Made by a program: the position numbers and the translations under genes. Positions 40,203 through 50,389 of a DNA stretch of 64,000 nt are shown in pieces. Location: assembly GCA_963812605.1 (NCBI GenBank), contig CAWEWF010000004.1, positions 96,001-160,000 on the forward strand, given 5' to 3'. The notes under the pieces were generated by a model, which worked only from the letters and a program-made list of their open reading frames with translations, was not told the DNA's origin and ran no database searches. How positions within the stretch are numbered: the stretch's first letter is position 1; each line of letters begins with the position of its first letter. Origin of the DNA: an uncultured Verrucomicrobiae bacterium. Lineage in GTDB: Bacteria > Verrucomicrobiota > Verrucomicrobiia > Palsa-1439.

Positions 40203-40499
40203 CGGGTGCCGGTGATGTCTTAATTTGCATCCGCCAACTGTAGCCGAAGCGTAAGCTTAGGCGGTAGCAATGCGGATTCCCGAAGCTTACGCTTCGGCTA
40301 CAAAACACGAACGATGAGCAATGCGGCAAATTAAGACACTACCCGGGTGCCGGTAGTGTGCAATTTTGAGTAGAGCCGTTTCGCCGTGATTTGTAGGGCA
40401 AGCGGCTCGCTTGCCGTCGTTCATCGACGTGGCAGGCGAGGCCGCCTGCCCTACAATGCAGAAGCATCTCGGTTCAAACTGATACACTACCCGGATGCC
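40203..40499. mobile_element. Two tandem MITE-like units (40211-40343, 40352-40491) with GGnnnTG ends and 8-bp direct repeats, each carrying a REP doublet
   Basis: CGGGTGCC [GGTGATGTCTTAATTTGC..GCAAATTAAGACACTACC] CGGGTGCC [GGTAGTGTGCAATTTTGA..TCAAACTGATACACTACC] CGGATGCC. Confidence 0.75.
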
Positions 40500-40547
40500 A
40501 CACACACGAGAAAGTTGGAGCGCGTGGGCGTCGAAGATTCGGGCAGG

Positions 40548-41241
40548 CTATCGTGAGAAGCAATCGATCAACTCGTAGGCCAGGCCGTAGCAGATCAGGA
40601 TACTGGCGCCGGCCACCGCCCCGGCGCTAAAGGTCAGGGCGGGTTTCTCTTTGCGCAAGTCGGTGGCCAGCACGCCAAAAAATACCGCGATCAGGTACTC
40701 GCCCGCGATGATGTAATAGGGCGTATGCAACAGCATCCGACAATTGCTGTACGTCCACCAATTCGTCCGCCGCGCCATCTCTTCATAAAAGGGAATGTTG
40801 ATCGCCCCGAGAATTCCCGTGGCAAACAGGCCCGCCCAGCCCCATTGGTCAGCCAGGCGCGACCCGATATACCCAAATTGCACAGCCACGATCTCCCAGG
40901 CCAATGGCATCCAGATCGGGGACTGCCAGAGCATCGGGCCCGCCGCCCATCGTGTAGTCCAATGTCCGCGTCCCTTCCACCAGCCACGCGTCCGCCGCCA
41001 ACTCGACAAATCCAACCACCAACCCAAAAACCATCAGGTGCGCCATGAACGAATCCCGTCGCCGAATCACATGGATGATCAGGAGGGTATTGTCCACGAT
41101 GTTCAACGCGAGCCCCGTCCGCCAGTTCGACCAGGGCACCGCCGCGAACCAGAACACCGCGATGACGTTCAGCACAATCGTCGCGAGCACCACCCGCAGC
41201 CGCGCGCTTTCAAGTCTGGACTGTGCGGCGCCGTTGTTCAT
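40548..41241 (-). CDS. Multi-pass membrane protein (DUF6989-like; frameshift near 40945)
   Basis: FGLVVGFVEL.AD.WLV..T.TLDY, SPIWMPLAW, PFYEEMA..WWTY; ATGA overlap with ftsZ. Confidence 0.7.
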
Positions 41242-42599
41242 CGCTTGATGCTGACGCCCCGCCGGATGAACGTCGGCACATCGAGATCTTCGCCATTGTA
41301 AAGTGTCGGCTCACTCTTGTCGAAGCGGCCGCGGCTCACGCCTTCGAGGGGCAGGGTTTCCTGTTTCGGTTTGGCCGGTACCTTCTGCGCCACAACCAGC
41401 TCCGGCTTGGGAAGCTCCTCAACCGGTTGGTGAGTCGGTGAAGTTGACGGAACCAGCGTCGGAGCTACTCGCGGGTTGCGGGAAAGTGTCGCGTCGCCCG
41501 GCCGCGGCAACGTCATTGGCTTGGTGGCCACGGGCTGCGGTACCGTGCGACGCGGGTGGATATTTGCTGCCGCGATCACCGTCACCGCCAGTTTTCCGCG
41601 GTACGCTTCGTCAATGGCTGCGCCCATGATGACGTGGGCGCGGTTCGCCAGCCGCGAAATCGGCTCCACCGTCTTCTGTACGTCGGCAAGAGTCAAATCC
41701 GGCCCGCCAAGGATGCTCACCAGCACTCCTTCGGCTTTCGCGAGGACATCCCCGCCGTCCAGCAACGGATTCTCCAGCAGGGCCTTGACCGCCTCGCGCG
41801 CCCGGTTCGCACCCTCGGCCTGTCCGTAACTGAACAGGCCGTCACAATGCTTCGAGCCAATTGTCGAACGCAAATCAGCAAAATCAAGATTGATGAGCCC
41901 CTTGCGCGACAGCAATTGCCATACGGCCTGGACACCGAGGATAAAATTCTCATCGGCGCGCTTGAAAGCATCCACCACGCTCGCGTCGGCGCCGGCGATC
42001 CGAAAAATTTTGTCATTCGGAATGCAAATGACGGCGTCCGCTTGCGCCTTAAGTTGCTCCAGGCCCGACAGCGCCTGTTGTTTGCGGCGGTCGCCCTCGA
42101 AGGAAAACGGCAGGGCCACAAAAGCCAGCACCAGCGCCCCCTGCTCCTTCGCCGCCCGCGCAATCGTCGGGCTTGCGCCCGTGCCCGTGCCGCCACCCAA
42201 ACCGGCCATGATGAAGACCACGTCCGTGCCTTGCACCAGCGCTTCGATCCTCTCGGCGTCGTTCTGCGCGGCGCGGGTCCCGACCTCGGGTTCGCCCCCG
42301 GCGCCCAGCCCATGCGTTACCGCCCCCCCAATTTGCACTTTCTCCGCGCCGTTGATTTCACCGAGGGCCTGCTGGTCGGTGTTGATCGCGACGAGATCGA
42401 CGCCTTCCAACGTGTGATTGCCCTGCATCCGGCTCTCGGCAATCTGGCTGACGGTATGGCCGCCGGCGCCGCCCACGCCGATAATTTTCAATCGAATCTT
42501 GTGCAAGGGCGCTGATCTCTTTTCCATGTTCTCCGTGGTTTCCGGTTGTGCCGCGGGCGGCGTGGGTGAAGTCGAAATTGGTTTGCTTCGGGTCGCCAT
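41238..42599 (-). CDS. ftsZ: Cell division protein FtsZ
   Basis: GVGGAG, AGLGGGTGTGA tubulin motif, NLDFAD, C-terminal DLDVPTFIRR. Confidence 0.96.
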   Translation of the reverse strand: MATRSKPISTSPTPPAAQPETTENMEKRSAPLHKIRLKIIGVGGAGGHTVSQIAESRMQGNHTLEGVDLVAINTDQQALGEINGAEKVQIGGAVTHGLGAGGEPEVGTRAAQNDAERIEALVQGTDVVFIMAGLGGGTGTGASPTIARAAKEQGALVLAFVALPFSFEGDRRKQQALSGLEQLKAQADAVICIPNDKIFRIAGADASVVDAFKRADENFILGVQAVWQLLSRKGLINLDFADLRSTIGSKHCDGLFSYGQAEGANRAREAVKALLENPLLDGGDVLAKAEGVLVSILGGPDLTLADVQKTVEPISRLANRAHVIMGAAIDEAYRGKLAVTVIAAANIHPRRTVPQPVATKPMTLPRPGDATLSRNPRVAPTLVPSTSPTHQPVEELPKPELVVAQKVPAKPKQETLPLEGVSRGRFDKSEPTLYNGEDLDVPTFIRRGVSIKR

Positions 42600-42613
42600 G
42601 GCAACGCTCCGAT

Positions 42614-43843
42614 TTACATGAACGCCCGCGCCCTTTGGATCAGGTGTTGGAACGACTGGCCAATCTTGCGCAACGGCGACGGCGGCTGGTGTTGGTCGCG
42701 TTGCGAACCCAGTGCGTACCGCACGAGCCCGATGGCCGTGGAGTACTCGGGACTTTCAATCGCCGACGTCGGGCCGCCAACCGTCAGGCTGTGCCCGATG
42801 TGCACCGGCAGCCCGAAAATCTGGACGGCCAGCGGCTCCAAACCTTGCAAGCGCGCGCACCCGCCCGTAATGAATACGCCCGCGCCGAGGTAATCCAGCA
42901 ACTTGTGCTTCTCGAGTTCCTTCTTCACCAGGGTCAACGTCTCTTCGACGCGCAGGTTCATGATGCGGCAGAGCTGCTGCTTCGAAACCTGCCGGTCCGG
43001 CAGCCCGACTTCGCGCTTGAGCGTGAGCATCTCGTCGTCCGGCGGGACCGCCACCGAGCCGTGCTCGACTTTCAAGGTCTCGGCGCGGTTCATCGGGATG
43101 CGCAGCCCAATGGCCACGTCGTTGGTGATATGGTCGCCGCCGACCGCCAGCACACCGCTGTGCTGGATCGTCCCTTCGCTATAAACGAGATAATCCGTCG
43201 TGCCACCACCCATGTCGACGACCACGGCGCCAAGCTGCTGGTGCTCCGAGGTGAGCACGGCCAGCGCCGAGGCGAAACCGCTGACCGCGATGTTGGCCAC
43301 ATCGAGTGGCACGTGCTTGATGCATTTGATCGTGTTCTGTAGCCGCGTGCGCACGCCGTAGATCACATGCACGTCGGCTTCGAGCTTGGCGCCGATCATG
43401 CCCACGGGGTTCTGGATGCCGTCGTGTCCATCCACGAAAAAATGCTGGCGAATCGCGTGAATGACCACGTGGTCCATCGGAATGTTCACGGCCTTGGCGT
43501 TGAGCAGGACATTGCGGACTTCCTCCTCGGAAATCTCGCGCTCCTCGTTGGTCACCGCCACCGTCCCGCGATTGTTGAAGCTCCGAATGTGCCCGCCGCT
43601 CACGCTGGCATACACGTTGTGAATCTCAACCCCCGCGCTTTCCTCCGCGTCCGCCACCGCGGCGTGCAGGCATTCGACCGTCGCTTCAATATTGACGATC
43701 TCCCCCTTGCGGACGCCCTCGGAGTTTGCCTGCCCGACTCCGACCACCATGATATTGCCATCATCGAGCACCTCGCCGACCACGGCGCAGACTTTTGAGG
43801 TGCCCACCTCCAGCCCCACGATGATTTTTTCCTTCGGTAACAT
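42614..43843 (-). CDS. ftsA: Cell division protein FtsA
   Basis: GLEVGTSKV, DMGGGTTD, GGDHITND, ITGG, STAIGL. Confidence 0.96.
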   Translation of the reverse strand: MLPKEKIIVGLEVGTSKVCAVVGEVLDDGNIMVVGVGQANSEGVRKGEIVNIEATVECLHAAVADAEESAGVEIHNVYASVSGGHIRSFNNRGTVAVTNEEREISEEEVRNVLLNAKAVNIPMDHVVIHAIRQHFFVDGHDGIQNPVGMIGAKLEADVHVIYGVRTRLQNTIKCIKHVPLDVANIAVSGFASALAVLTSEHQQLGAVVVDMGGGTTDYLVYSEGTIQHSGVLAVGGDHITNDVAIGLRIPMNRAETLKVEHGSVAVPPDDEMLTLKREVGLPDRQVSKQQLCRIMNLRVEETLTLVKKELEKHKLLDYLGAGVFITGGCARLQGLEPLAVQIFGLPVHIGHSLTVGGPTSAIESPEYSTAIGLVRYALGSQRDQHQPPSPLRKIGQSFQHLIQRARAFM

Positions 43844-43860
43844 TTCCTGGCCAAACCTTT

Positions 43861-44736
43861 CTAATTCACGAACGTCACCGGCACCCCGCGGTTGACCGTC
43901 AGGTCCACCATTTGCACGGATTTTTGCCGCTGTTGCGCCCACCGCAAAATCACCCCCAACCGCCGCAACTGTTGCGGAAATTCTTCCACGTCCAGTTTCA
44001 CCGTCGTGTGCTGCCGCGTGGTCATGACCAGTTGCCGCGGCTTCGATAAATCAATCTGCTCGACCTCCAGCAGCGACCCCGCGATGGCCTGGTCAAGCTT
44101 GTCCAAAAATTCCAGGGCCCGATAAATCTGTTCCGACTCCACCGGCAGGCCGATACGCACGTCGGCAAGCGACACCCCCGTTAGCATCGGCACCGGTCGC
44201 GGGGTTTGCGGCTGCACCAGCGTCCCGTCCGCCAGTTTGACCGGCTTCATCACGAAGCCCGAGCGGTCGATATAAAACACCGCGTCGCCCAGGTCGCGCG
44301 TCGGTGCCTGCAATCGCGCCACAGCGGTGCGTTCTTCCACGCGGATAAACAACCGATCCGGCAACATCCGCCGCACCTCCACGCCGCGCACCAGCGGCAG
44401 CATCTCCAGGTTGTTGCGCACCTGGTCGAGATTGACCGACAAGAGGTTTTCCCCGACTTCCACACCGGCAAACTGCACCACGTGCTCGGGCGTCAACACG
44501 CCATCGTCATCCACCACGATCTGGTGGATGGCGAACCGCGGATTGTTGTAGACGAGGCGGTCCGTGGTGATTCTCACCAGGCGGTACAGGCCGTAGCCGG
44601 TCAAAATCAACATGCCGAGGGCGATAAGGACGGTCACGGTCGCCCGCAGCCGCGCCAGGGCGCGCCCGCGCGTTTGCACTTTCACGTCCAGCAAATACTC
44701 CGGCCGTTTTTTCCTTCGATTACCCAGCTTGATCAT
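43861..44736 (-). CDS. ftsQ: Cell division protein FtsQ/DivIB
   Basis: TM helix, POTRA domain (V.RMLPDRL.IRVEER); located between ddl and ftsA. Confidence 0.88.
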   Translation of the reverse strand: MIKLGNRRKKRPEYLLDVKVQTRGRALARLRATVTVLIALGMLILTGYGLYRLVRITTDRLVYNNPRFAIHQIVVDDDGVLTPEHVVQFAGVEVGENLLSVNLDQVRNNLEMLPLVRGVEVRRMLPDRLFIRVEERTAVARLQAPTRDLGDAVFYIDRSGFVMKPVKLADGTLVQPQTPRPVPMLTGVSLADVRIGLPVESEQIYRALEFLDKLDQAIAGSLLEVEQIDLSKPRQLVMTTRQHTTVKLDVEEFPQQLRRLGVILRWAQQRQKSVQMVDLTVNRGVPVTFVN

Positions 44737-45689
44737 GAAACCGCGATGGTCTCCTTCTCGTCCGCGTCGATCCCGGCCTTTGGCTTGCGACGCGCCAGCG
44801 CCATTTGCACCAGGCGCACGCATAAATCCGGGAATTCGATCCCCGCCGCCCGGGCCGCCTGGGGCACGAGGCTGGTCTCGGTGAATCCGGGGATTGTGTT
44901 TACTTCCAACACAAACACTTCGTTGTTCTCCGCCAGGATCAGGTCCACACGCGCAAGGTCGCGGCAGCCAAGGCAATCGTACGCGCGCAAGGCCAGCTTC
45001 TTTACCTGCGCCTCGATCTTGATATCGAGCGGGGCCGGAACCAGATAGTCCGTCTGTCCTTTGGTGTACTTCGCTTCGTACGTGAAGAAATCGTGCTTCG
45101 GGTGGATCTCAATCACCGGCAAAGCGTGGCCGTCAACAATGCCCACCGTCAATTCGCGTCCCCCAATGAATTGTTCGATCAGCAAACGATCGTCATAATG
45201 CCAGGCGATTTGGCAGGCTTCTTCGAGATCGGTTTCCTCCTGCACGACGCTGACTCCGACGCTGGAGCCCTGCCGCGACGGTTTCACGACGAGTGGAAAC
45301 CCGAGCAGCGCCAGCCGACGCAGGTCCGTCTGCGCGCGATCAAAAATCTCATATTTGGGCGTCGGGATTCCCACGGCAAGGAACTCCGTTTTCGCGGCAA
45401 TTTTGTCGAACGCGCGCGCACTGGCCTCGGGACCCGAGCCCGTGTAGGCGATGCCGCTGTCTTCGAGCATCCGTTGGAGCGTGCCATCTTCACCGAACGT
45501 CCCGTGCAACGCCACGAAAGCCACGTCCACGTCGGTTGGGATCGAGAATTTTGTCTCCGGGACGTCGACCGGCACAATTTTGGCGCCCGTCGTCGCCAGG
45601 GCATTGACCACCGCCGTCCCGGACTTCAGTGATATTTCGCGCTCCGCCGAAGGCCCGCCCATTAATACTGCAATTTTCAATCGCTTCAT
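44733..45689 (-). CDS. ddl: D-alanine--D-alanine ligase
   Basis: GGPSAEREISL.SG, LHGTFGEDG, GSSVG, EVNTIPGFT. Confidence 0.96.
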   Translation of the reverse strand: MKRLKIAVLMGGPSAEREISLKSGTAVVNALATTGAKIVPVDVPETKFSIPTDVDVAFVALHGTFGEDGTLQRMLEDSGIAYTGSGPEASARAFDKIAAKTEFLAVGIPTPKYEIFDRAQTDLRRLALLGFPLVVKPSRQGSSVGVSVVQEETDLEEACQIAWHYDDRLLIEQFIGGRELTVGIVDGHALPVIEIHPKHDFFTYEAKYTKGQTDYLVPAPLDIKIEAQVKKLALRAYDCLGCRDLARVDLILAENNEVFVLEVNTIPGFTETSLVPQAARAAGIEFPDLCVRLVQMALARRKPKAGIDADEKETIAVS

Positions 45690-45695
45690 CGTCGC

Positions 45696-48056
45696 CTACG
45701 CTTTCTCTGATCCAAGGATCATGACTTCGGGTTCGAGATCGATCCCCCGCTCCTGCCGCGCCCGCTCGCGAATGGCCGCGATCAACTGCAGGACGTCGCC
45801 GGCGGTCGCCTGGCCCTCATTGACAATGAAATTACCGTGCATCTCGGAAACCCGCGCTCCGCCCACGGACATTCCTTTCAATCCCAGTTCCTCGATCAGC
45901 CGACCGGCCGGAATCGTGGCGGGGTTCTTGAAAATGCAGCCCGCACTCGGTTTCGCCGGCTGGGACGCCCAGCGTTTCTCCGCAAACGCGCGCAGCTTTC
46001 CATCGATCGCTTTCTTCTCGGTTTTCGTACCGCGCAGGATCGCCGACAGGGCGACGTGGTTGTGGAAGACCGGGCAGCTTCGGTAGGCAACGGGAAGCTG
46101 TTTCGCCTCTGTATCATAAACGTCGCCCGAGTAGCCGATGTAGCGGACCCAATCGACAACATCAAACGTCTGCCGGCCCATGGCGCCCGCGTTCATCCGC
46201 AGCGCGCCCCCGAGCGAACCGGGAATGCCTTCCATGAATTCGAGCCCGCCCAGGCTATGTTTGGTCGCAACCGAGACAATCGTTTTCAGGCGCGCGCCCG
46301 CGCGCGCGAGAATTCGCTCGCCATCCACTTCGATCCTGGAAAATTCTTCGTGGGTCAGGCTGACCACCACCCCTTGAATGCCGCCGTCGAGCACGAGCAG
46401 GTTCGTGCCGCGACCGATGACGGTCACGGGGATTTCGCGGACATGGCAATAATGAAGCAGCCGCGCCAGGTCCCGCTCGCTGGCCGGCTCAACCCAAAAC
46501 TCAGCCGGACCGCCCACGCGCATCGATGTATGCCGCGCCATTGGTTCATCGCGCCGGATTTTCGCCTTGTCCGACAGTAAGGCTTCGAGGTCGGTCTGCA
46601 TTTCCACGGCCCGGTTCTCCGGATTGGGGATGTTTGGCCCGCGCGCGCGAAGTCTTCGCTCCAGCGCTTCGGCCACCTTGTATATGTCCCCCGCCCCCAT
46701 GGTCAGAAGGATATCACCGGGTCGCGCCTCCGAGAAGAGGCGCACCACCAACATTTCCAAATCGCCTTCAAAGATGGCGTCGGTTGGCCCCACTGCCGTT
46801 ACCGCATCGCAGAGCGCCTGGCCGGTGATTCCGTCGATGGGTTTCTCGCTGGCCGCGTAGATTTCCGTGAGAAACAATTTGTCCACGCCCCCGAACGCCG
46901 TTGCAAATTCAGCACGCAACGCCTGGGTACGGGTGTACCGATGCGGCTGGAAGGCCACGAGCAGACGGCGGTAGCCGTCCGCATCCTCCTTCGCCAGTAA
47001 CGTCCGCGCGGCCGCAATCGTCGCGCGGATTTCCGTCGGGTGATGCGCGTAGTCATCCACGACGAGAATGCCGCCCGCTTCGTATCTCCGATCAAATCGC
47101 CGTTTTGCCCCGGTGAATTGCCCCAGCGCCTCGGCAATTTTCTCGAAGGGCACACCCAACTGGTCTGCCACAGCGACCGCCGCCAGCGCATTCGTCACGT
47201 TTTGTTCGCCGGGAATGACCAACTCCATCACGCCGATCTGCTGGTCGCGGCAGGCGACCGTGAATCGTGAGCCGCGCGCGGTGTGCTCGATCGCGAGCGC
47301 CCGGTAATCGGCCCTGGCGGAAAGACCGAAGGTGATCGCCTTCCGACACTTCGCCGCGTGCTGCAGGCTGTTTGGGCAGTCGGCGCAAAAGAACACCGTG
47401 TTAAGCGTGCTGGTGAAAAAGGAGTCGAAGGTTTCGCGGAGCTTGTCCATCGAGCCATAGTGATCGAGATGCTCGGGCTCGATATTCAGGCAGACCGCGT
47501 ATTCCGGGCTGAATCCAATGAGCGTCCCGTCGCTCTCGCAGGCTTCCCCCACAAAATACTTGCCGCCGCCAATTTGCGCGTTTGTGCCGAGCACGGGAAT
47601 GTGCGCGCCGACACAATAGCTCGGGGCGCTATCGCTGCGCGTGAGCACGTACGCGATCATCGCGGTCGTCGTCGTCTTGCCATGCGTGCCGGCGACGGCG
47701 ATGTTGTTGCTGTGGTTCATCAACGCGCTGAGCAACAGCCCGCGCCGCACCCGCGGAATTTTCCGTTCATCCGCCGCCTGGAGTTCAACGTTCTCATTGC
47801 CGACCGCCGAGGTGTACACCACCAGTTCCGTGTCCTCGCCGAGATTCTTCGCGGCGTGCCCGCTGTGAATCTTCGCCCCAAGCTTCTGCAGGTCTTTCAT
47901 GCCGCCATTGGGTGACAAATCCGAACCGCTGACGCCGTGCCCCTGCTGCAACAAAAGCCGCGCCAGGCCGCTCATCCCGGAGCCGCCAATCCCGACGAAG
48001 TGCACCCGCCGGGGGGCGCCGCCGAGAAAATCAATCAGTTGTTGCCTATTGCCCAT
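45696..48056 (-). CDS. murC: Fused MurC-MurB (UDP-MurNAc-L-Ala ligase / UDP-GlcNAc-enolpyruvate reductase)
   Basis: MurC motifs GIGGSGMS, AGTHGKTTT, DDYAHHPTE, FQPHRYTR, then in frame the MurB motifs HTSMRVGGPA, GRGTNLL, GIPGSLGGA..MNAGA, SAGCIFKNP, HGNFIVN. Confidence 0.93.
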   Translation of the reverse strand: MGNRQQLIDFLGGAPRRVHFVGIGGSGMSGLARLLLQQGHGVSGSDLSPNGGMKDLQKLGAKIHSGHAAKNLGEDTELVVYTSAVGNENVELQAADERKIPRVRRGLLLSALMNHSNNIAVAGTHGKTTTTAMIAYVLTRSDSAPSYCVGAHIPVLGTNAQIGGGKYFVGEACESDGTLIGFSPEYAVCLNIEPEHLDHYGSMDKLRETFDSFFTSTLNTVFFCADCPNSLQHAAKCRKAITFGLSARADYRALAIEHTARGSRFTVACRDQQIGVMELVIPGEQNVTNALAAVAVADQLGVPFEKIAEALGQFTGAKRRFDRRYEAGGILVVDDYAHHPTEIRATIAAARTLLAKEDADGYRRLLVAFQPHRYTRTQALRAEFATAFGGVDKLFLTEIYAASEKPIDGITGQALCDAVTAVGPTDAIFEGDLEMLVVRLFSEARPGDILLTMGAGDIYKVAEALERRLRARGPNIPNPENRAVEMQTDLEALLSDKAKIRRDEPMARHTSMRVGGPAEFWVEPASERDLARLLHYCHVREIPVTVIGRGTNLLVLDGGIQGVVVSLTHEEFSRIEVDGERILARAGARLKTIVSVATKHSLGGLEFMEGIPGSLGGALRMNAGAMGRQTFDVVDWVRYIGYSGDVYDTEAKQLPVAYRSCPVFHNHVALSAILRGTKTEKKAIDGKLRAFAEKRWASQPAKPSAGCIFKNPATIPAGRLIEELGLKGMSVGGARVSEMHGNFIVNEGQATAGDVLQLIAAIRERARQERGIDLEPEVMILGSEKA

Positions 48057-49176
48057 ATTGTTCCAAAAGTCCCGCCAAACGCTCCGCCGCATCGTCCACG
48101 GCCAGCAAACGCGCGGCGTCCGCCATGCGCGCGCGCCCGGTTTCATCGTCGAGCAGTTCGGTGATGGCCCTGGCCAGTCGCTCGCCGCGTTCCGCATGCA
48201 GGCTGGCGAACTGCGACTGATCCAGCAGCCGCGCCGCTCCCGCGCTCTCGAAGACGCGCGCATTGTGCCATTGATGGTTCCCCGCCGCCTGGGGATATGG
48301 AATCAAAATCGCCGGCAGTCCGAAGGCTGCGATCTCGGTAAGCGTCGAGGCCCCCGCGCGCGCGACCACCACGTCCGCCGCGCTGTAGGCCAGTTCCATC
48401 TGGTTGCAGAAACTCATAACCTTTCCGGTAATCCCATTCTTCTCATACGACTCGCGCACGAACTGCTCGTCGTGCGCTCCCGTCAAATGCACGAACTGCA
48501 CGCGTTCCGTCCGGCGGTCGAGCCATGGCAACGCGCCCGCCACCGCCTCATTGATCGCGCGGGCTCCCTGGCTGCCGCCCGCGACCAATACTGTCAGCCG
48601 ATCCGCCTGCAACCCAAGCTGCGCGCGCGCATCGGCCACTTTGCCGCCGCGCAACGCCGCGCGAATCGGCGTGCCCGTCACCGTGACCGGCCGTCGTCCA
48701 AAAAAATGCGCGCAGTCTGCCAGCCCCACGGCGACATGGTCCACGAACCGCCCCGCCCAACGGTTGGCCTTGCCCGGCACGGCGTTCGATTCGTGAATCA
48801 CCGTTGCCGTTCCCCGTTTGCCAAACCACCGCGCGCCCAACATCGCCGGCGCGGACGTGAATCCCCCCATTCCCAGCACTACGTCAGGCCCAAATTCATC
48901 GCAGACCGCCGCGCATCCGCGTGTCGCTTTCGCCAAACGGATGCAAAATCGCATCCACCGGCGTGGTCCCTCGTAGCCCACGGCCGGAACCACTTCCACC
49001 GCGATGTCCGCCGAAGGATCGGAGAAGCCCGTCACCGCTGTCAGCGCGGTCTGATCGACCGCCTTTTCGGAGACGAACAACCGCACTTGGTGCCGCCGCT
49101 CCCGTAAAACTTCCGCGACCGCCAACCCGGGAAACAGATGCCCCCCCGTCCCGCCACATGCGATCATCACTTTCAT
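48046..49176 (-). CDS. murG: Undecaprenyldiphospho-muramoylpentapeptide GlcNAc transferase
   Basis: GGTGGHLFP, HESNAVPG, GGSQGA, RAGAST, HQ..NA. Confidence 0.96.
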   Translation of the reverse strand: MKVMIACGGTGGHLFPGLAVAEVLRERRHQVRLFVSEKAVDQTALTAVTGFSDPSADIAVEVVPAVGYEGPRRWMRFCIRLAKATRGCAAVCDEFGPDVVLGMGGFTSAPAMLGARWFGKRGTATVIHESNAVPGKANRWAGRFVDHVAVGLADCAHFFGRRPVTVTGTPIRAALRGGKVADARAQLGLQADRLTVLVAGGSQGARAINEAVAGALPWLDRRTERVQFVHLTGAHDEQFVRESYEKNGITGKVMSFCNQMELAYSAADVVVARAGASTLTEIAAFGLPAILIPYPQAAGNHQWHNARVFESAGAARLLDQSQFASLHAERGERLARAITELLDDETGRARMADAARLLAVDDAAERLAGLLEQYGQ

Positions 49177-49206
49177 TCATGAACCTTCTCTCAATCCGAC
49201 CCGCGG

Positions 49207-50346
49207 CTACGATACCGTGGAACGCCGCGCAAAAAATTCCTGGTCGTCATTCTCTGTCTCAATCGTGCAATGCCGGAAAATGTTCAGTAATAAACCCACC
49301 GCGACCATGTTCAACACCAGATTGGATCCGCCGAAACTGATAAAAGGCAGCGGCAGCCCTTTCGTCGGCAACCACGCCGTCACCACGCCGACATTGATCA
49401 GGGCCTGCATCGCGATCAGCAGGGCAATGCCCATGCCGAGGTACTGGCCGAACAGATCGGATGCGCGCAGGGCGATAATCACGGCACACGCAACCAAAAG
49501 CGCAAAGGCGAGCAGGATCCCAATGGTCCCGACCAACCCCAACTCCTCCCCGACGATGGGAAAAATGAAGTCCGTGTGCGCTTCCGGCAGGTAAAACATT
49601 TTTTGGCGGCTGTTGCCCAGGCCGAGCCCGTTGAACCCGCCCGATCCGAAGGCCAGGATCGCCTGCCATACCTGGTACCCGGCGCCTTGTTTGTATTTCT
49701 CCAGGTCGAGGAATGCCATCAACCGCCGCGAACGCTCGGGGTTGTGGATCATCAGCGCCACGAACCCGCCGGCCCCCGTGAAGATCGTCGGCAGCAGGAA
49801 TCGCAGGCGCACGCCCGCGATGAACATCAGCGCGAAACTGACCGAAGCCAGGAGCGCCGTCGAACCGAAGTCCGGTTCCGCGAGCACGAGGACCAGGATG
49901 CAGCCCACGACGCCCATCGGTATCGCAAAGCCGCGCCCGAATTTACCGAGCCGCCGCTTCTCCTTCGCCAGCCAGTGTGCCAGCCAGACGATCAGCGCCA
50001 GCTTGCCCAGCTCCGACGGTTGAAACCGCATAGGGCCGATACCCAGCCAGCGCCGCGCGCCGCCAACCTTCATCCCGATATGCGGGACAAGGACCAACGC
50101 CAGCATAATGGCCGCCACGATGAGGACTCCCGTGCAGACGCCGCGCAACTTCGGGTACGGGACCCGGGCAGCCATCACGCATCCCGCGCCGCCGACAAGC
50201 ATCCACGCGAGTTGCCTCTTGAGCAGGTAGCGCTGGTCGCCGTAGCGGTCCCGCGCGTAGAGCGCGCTCGTGCTAAACAGCATGACCACGCCGATCGTCA
50301 ACAACATCAGCATGATCACCAACAGCGTGATGGCGGCTTTGTTCAC
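49207..50346 (-). CDS. ftsW: Peptidoglycan polymerase FtsW
   Basis: GARRW, FQPSELGK, EPDFGS, LPEAHTDFIF, LPFISFGGS. Confidence 0.96.
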   Translation of the reverse strand: MNKAAITLLVIMLMLLTIGVVMLFSTSALYARDRYGDQRYLLKRQLAWMLVGGAGCVMAARVPYPKLRGVCTGVLIVAAIMLALVLVPHIGMKVGGARRWLGIGPMRFQPSELGKLALIVWLAHWLAKEKRRLGKFGRGFAIPMGVVGCILVLVLAEPDFGSTALLASVSFALMFIAGVRLRFLLPTIFTGAGGFVALMIHNPERSRRLMAFLDLEKYKQGAGYQVWQAILAFGSGGFNGLGLGNSRQKMFYLPEAHTDFIFPIVGEELGLVGTIGILLAFALLVACAVIIALRASDLFGQYLGMGIALLIAMQALINVGVVTAWLPTKGLPLPFISFGGSNLVLNMVAVGLLLNIFRHCTIETENDDQEFFARRSTVS

Positions 50347-50389
50347 GGCCTTCCGTCGCTTCCTGTTTTACAAAAAGAACGTTGGTTTG

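Noticed and set aside
40474-40484. 11-bp TATCAGTTTGA shared between the MITE-2 end (reverse complement) and the IS1595 left TIR
   Set aside because: It lies at a different distance from the termini and the terminal bases differ, so it is too weak to assign the IS1595 transposase as mobiliser.
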